Assembly (NCBI GenBank): GCA_035656275.1
Contig: DASRSW010000001.1
Span: 3,490 to 67,489, forward strand
Origin: Thermoplasmata archaeon
Lineage (GTDB): Archaea; Thermoplasmatota; Thermoplasmata; Lutacidiplasmatales; UBA184
Direction: 5' to 3'
DNA: 64,000 nucleotides
The notes beneath the pieces are model-generated. The model saw nothing but the letters and a program-made list of their open reading frames with translations. It made no database searches and was not told the origin of the DNA. Below, one piece after another: positions 61,680-64,000 of this stretch. A program made the position numbers and the translations under genes. Position 1 is the stretch's first letter. Every line of letters begins with the position of its first letter.

Positions 61680-64000
61680 ATGGGATTATGGCTCGCCGCC
61701 GGGGAACATCTCTCGGTGAGTGCCGTGCGGGAACGCCCCCTGTGGACGGCCGCCGCGCTCGTACTGGCCGTCCTGGTGATCGGTATCGTCTCACCGACGG
61801 TCGCGTCGCTCGGCCTGGGGGCTCACTGGTCCCCTTCCCGCCTGGGGGCTGCGCGGACCGCCGTGCCCGCCGCGAACGGGTTCACCGTCTCTCCCAATCC
61901 CGATGACACGGGCGTCAGTGCGACTTTCAACGCGTCCGGCGCCTGCCTTGCCGTGGTTGGCACCTGCAGCTACAGCTACACCGGCCTCCCGGCCGGTTGC
62001 GCGTCGACCTCCGCCTCGTTCTCGTGTGCGCCCTCGGCGACCGGACAATTCGATGTCAACGTCACGGCCAGCTGGGCCTGTCCGATCTGCGTCACGAATT
62101 CGGCATCCCTGACCTTCACGGTCAACGCCTATCCCTCCATCACGTCGGTAATCGCCGCCCCGGCGAACCTAGACGTGGGCCAGGCGACGACCCTCAACGT
62201 CTCGACCGCCGGTGGCTCGGAACCCATCTCCTACGTCTGGTCGAACCTGCCGAACGGGTGCGGCTCGGCGGATACCAACTCCCTGCGGTGCCGACCGAGC
62301 GTTACTGGCACGTTCGCCATCCTGGTGGGGCTCAGCGACTCCGTCGGAGGGCAGGCCAATGGCTCCGTCAGTATCTCGGTCGCCTCCCGGCTCGTCGTGA
62401 CCCTGGGGGTCACCCCGCCGGTGCGCGATCTCGGAGGATCCGTGACGTTTACCGTCACCGTCTCGGGTGGCCAAGCCCCATTCGGAGAAGCGTACACCGG
62501 CCTTCCCGCCGGCTGCACCTCGGCGTCGACGACGACGCTGACCTGCACGCCCACCCAGTTGGGTACATTCTCGGTCACCGTGACCGCGACCGACTCCGTC
62601 CAGAGCCAGGCGAGCGCCGGCGCCACCTTGGAGGTGGTCGGCGCGCCGACCGCCACGCTCTCGGCGACGCCGTCGGTGCTGGACGTCGGGCAGACCATGG
62701 ACTTCGTCACCTCCGTTTCCGGCGGCTCCGGGGGCGACCGCTACGCGTATGCCAACCTGCCGACCGGGTGCACTAACGGGAACCTGTCGACGTTCACGTG
62801 CGCACCGACCGCCGCCGGTAGCTACTCGGTGTCGGTCACCGTCACCGACGCCGACGGCAACACCGCCAGCGCAACGACGTCCGTCACGATCAACCCACCG
62901 TTGACGGCCAACGTCACGGCGAACGTCACGTCGGGGCTGACCCCCTTGCCGGTGTCGTTCACCGGCCGCGTCGGAGGGGGCACCGCGCCGTTCCAGTACG
63001 CTTGGCTCTTCGCCCCGAACGCCTCGTCCAATCTGACGGCGCCCCGCTTCGTCTTCGTCGCCCCGGGGAACTACTCCGTGAGCCTGACCATCACCGACTC
63101 GGTGGGCGCCTCCGTCTCGGCGTTCCTCCAGATCACCGTCAACCCGACGTCGAATCTGCCCACCTACACCATCTCCTTCTTCGTCAATCCTTCCGGCTGC
63201 GGACCGATCACTCTCGACTCGATCCTCCTCCGGGACGGCAGCACGCAACCGCTCCCGGCGGCGACGTATCCGGCGATCGCCCCGAGTTGCCCCGGCTTTG
63301 CCTTCACCCAGTGGGTGCCGAGCGGCAGCCTTCTCGTCGGCAACCCGGCCAATGCCTCCACCGATGTGACAGTGGAGGGGGGCGGATCCATCACGGCTGT
63401 ATTGACCGCGATCCCGACCCACGGTGCGCCGCCCACCGGTGGATTTTCCATCCGGTCCCTTTCCAGCTGGATTCCGTACATCCCCCTCCTGATCGGCGCG
63501 GTACTCGCTCTCTATCTCATCGTGCATTACCTCGGCACCCGCGAGACCACCCGTAGACCGTCCACGGGGGACGGTCGGGACGAGCCCCCTGGGCCAGCGA
63601 GCCCTGTGAGTCCACCTCCCGGCGCACCGACGGCGCCTCCGGTGAGCTTTGGCCGTGGGCCCGGCCAACCCGTAGAGCGGTCCGCCCCGCCAGTCGGAGC
63701 ACGCGGGGGGAAGTCGCCAACCTCTGGGGGGATCCCTTGGGACTACCGTCCGGGGGTTGAGCGGTCGCTCCCCCGCCACACGGAGCCGGCGAGCCTGCGA
63801 CCGATCGCAGCGCCACCACCCTCACGCCCGACGATCGCCGCCCCCAGCAGGCTTTCGAGCCCGCCCGTGCCGAACGGGACGCCGGCCGCGCGGCCCCTGA
63901 TCGCGCCTCCCGGGCCCCGGACCGGGGCCAGCGCCCCCGCGGCACCCCCGCCCCCGGCACCACGCTCTAGTGAGCCGCCCTCGCTGGGGGCGGAACGGCC
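61680..64000 (+). CDS. Type I surface protein: four Cys-pair Ig repeats + PKD + beta-domain + TM anchor + Pro-rich tail (3' end beyond window)
   Basis: Not in the ORF track. I translated the frame whose codon starts are divisible by 3. There is an in-frame TAA at 61656, an ATG at 61680 (alternative GTG 61716), and no stop through 64000. It has a signal/anchor (LWTAAALVLAVLVIGIV), YTGLPAGC-type repeats, a PKD unit (FQYAWLFAPNAS) and the TM helix WIPYIPLLIGAVLALYLIV. Confidence 0.8.
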   Translation, partial: MGLWLAAGEHLSVSAVRERPLWTAAALVLAVLVIGIVSPTVASLGLGAHWSPSRLGAARTAVPAANGFTVSPNPDDTGVSATFNASGACLAVVGTCSYSYTGLPAGCASTSASFSCAPSATGQFDVNVTASWACPICVTNSASLTFTVNAYPSITSVIAAPANLDVGQATTLNVSTAGGSEPISYVWSNLPNGCGSADTNSLRCRPSVTGTFAILVGLSDSVGGQANGSVSISVASRLVVTLGVTPPVRDLGGSVTFTVTVSGGQAPFGEAYTGLPAGCTSASTTTLTCTPTQLGTFSVTVTATDSVQSQASAGATLEVVGAPTATLSATPSVLDVGQTMDFVTSVSGGSGGDRYAYANLPTGCTNGNLSTFTCAPTAAGSYSVSVTVTDADGNTASATTSVTINPPLTANVTANVTSGLTPLPVSFTGRVGGGTAPFQYAWLFAPNASSNLTAPRFVFVAPGNYSVSLTITDSVGASVSAFLQITVNPTSNLPTYTISFFVNPSGCGPITLDSILLRDGSTQPLPAATYPAIAPSCPGFAFTQWVPSGSLLVGNPANASTDVTVEGGGSITAVLTAIPTHGAPPTGGFSIRSLSSWIPYIPLLIGAVLALYLIVHYLGTRETTRRPSTGDGRDEPPGPASPVSPPPGAPTAPPVSFGRGPGQPVERSAPPVGARGGKSPTSGGIPWDYRPGVERSLPRHTEPASLRPIAAPPPSRPTIAAPSRLSSPPVPNGTPAARPLIAPPGPRTGASAPAAPPPPAPRSSEPPSLGAER
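61881..62900 (+). repeat. Four tandem Cys-pair Ig-like repeats (same family as 18877..20196)
   Basis: The units are centred on SYSYTGLPAGCASTSASFSCAPSATGQF, SYVWSNLPNGCGSADTNSLRCRPSVTGTF, GEAYTGLPAGCTSASTTTLTCTPTQLGTF and RYAYANLPTGCTNGNLSTFTCAPTAAGSY. Confidence 0.7.

Noticed and set aside
1-64000. Search for CRISPR arrays, transposases, integrases, toxin-antitoxin pairs and known defence genes
   Set aside because: I saw no regularly spaced DNA repeats and no nuclease, helicase, transposase or integrase motifs. The only repeats are protein-level Ig/Kelch repeats inside surface-protein genes. A CRISPR and IS finder run would confirm this.

Overview
This is a high-GC, gene-dense chromosomal segment from an archaeon. 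By inference it is a Thermoplasmata-related lineage. The evidence is ribosomal protein L40e, archease, a digeranylgeranylglycerophospholipid reductase very close to my memory of the Thermoplasma enzyme, a fused ETF beta-alpha protein, and A/T-rich TATA-like boxes about 24-36 nt upstream of start codons, which suggests leaderless or short-leader mRNAs. I call 55 protein-coding genes. I found no rRNA, tRNA, CRISPR array or recognisable mobile element by eye.

Layout:
- 0-9 kb: a MoxR/DUF58/DUF4129 membrane module, serine-pathway genes, archease, a GT2, L40e and AMMECR1.
- 9.6-14.8 kb: a tight minus-strand string of CPBP protease, CoA-binding protein, bactofilin-like protein and ileS.
- 14.9-16.7 kb: the fused ETF.
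- 16.9-22.3 kb: DUF1028 hydrolase, a membrane-anchored wHTH protein, and a 1215-aa Kelch/Ig surface protein.
- 22.4-24.9 kb: a ferredoxin-GGR operon carrying two unknown paralogous genes.
- 25-31.3 kb: trxB and an operon of hypothetical protein, debranching-enzyme-like protein, ABC-2 exporter and flavin reductase.
- 31.5-43.5 kb: regulators, methyltransferases and two more large surface proteins.
- 43.9-60 kb: a glycan-modification island (AsnB-type amidotransferase, sulfotransferase, GT-C-like membrane protein, GT4, GT2, epimerase, two secreted phosphoesterases, a barrel-only pyruvate-kinase homologue) bracketed by two HxlR paralogues.
- 61.7-64 kb: a fourth surface protein. It is missing from the supplied ORF track because it runs off the window end.

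Many long track ORFs are off-frame or antisense artefacts of the high GC content. All family assignments are motif-level recognition by eye, not database searches.
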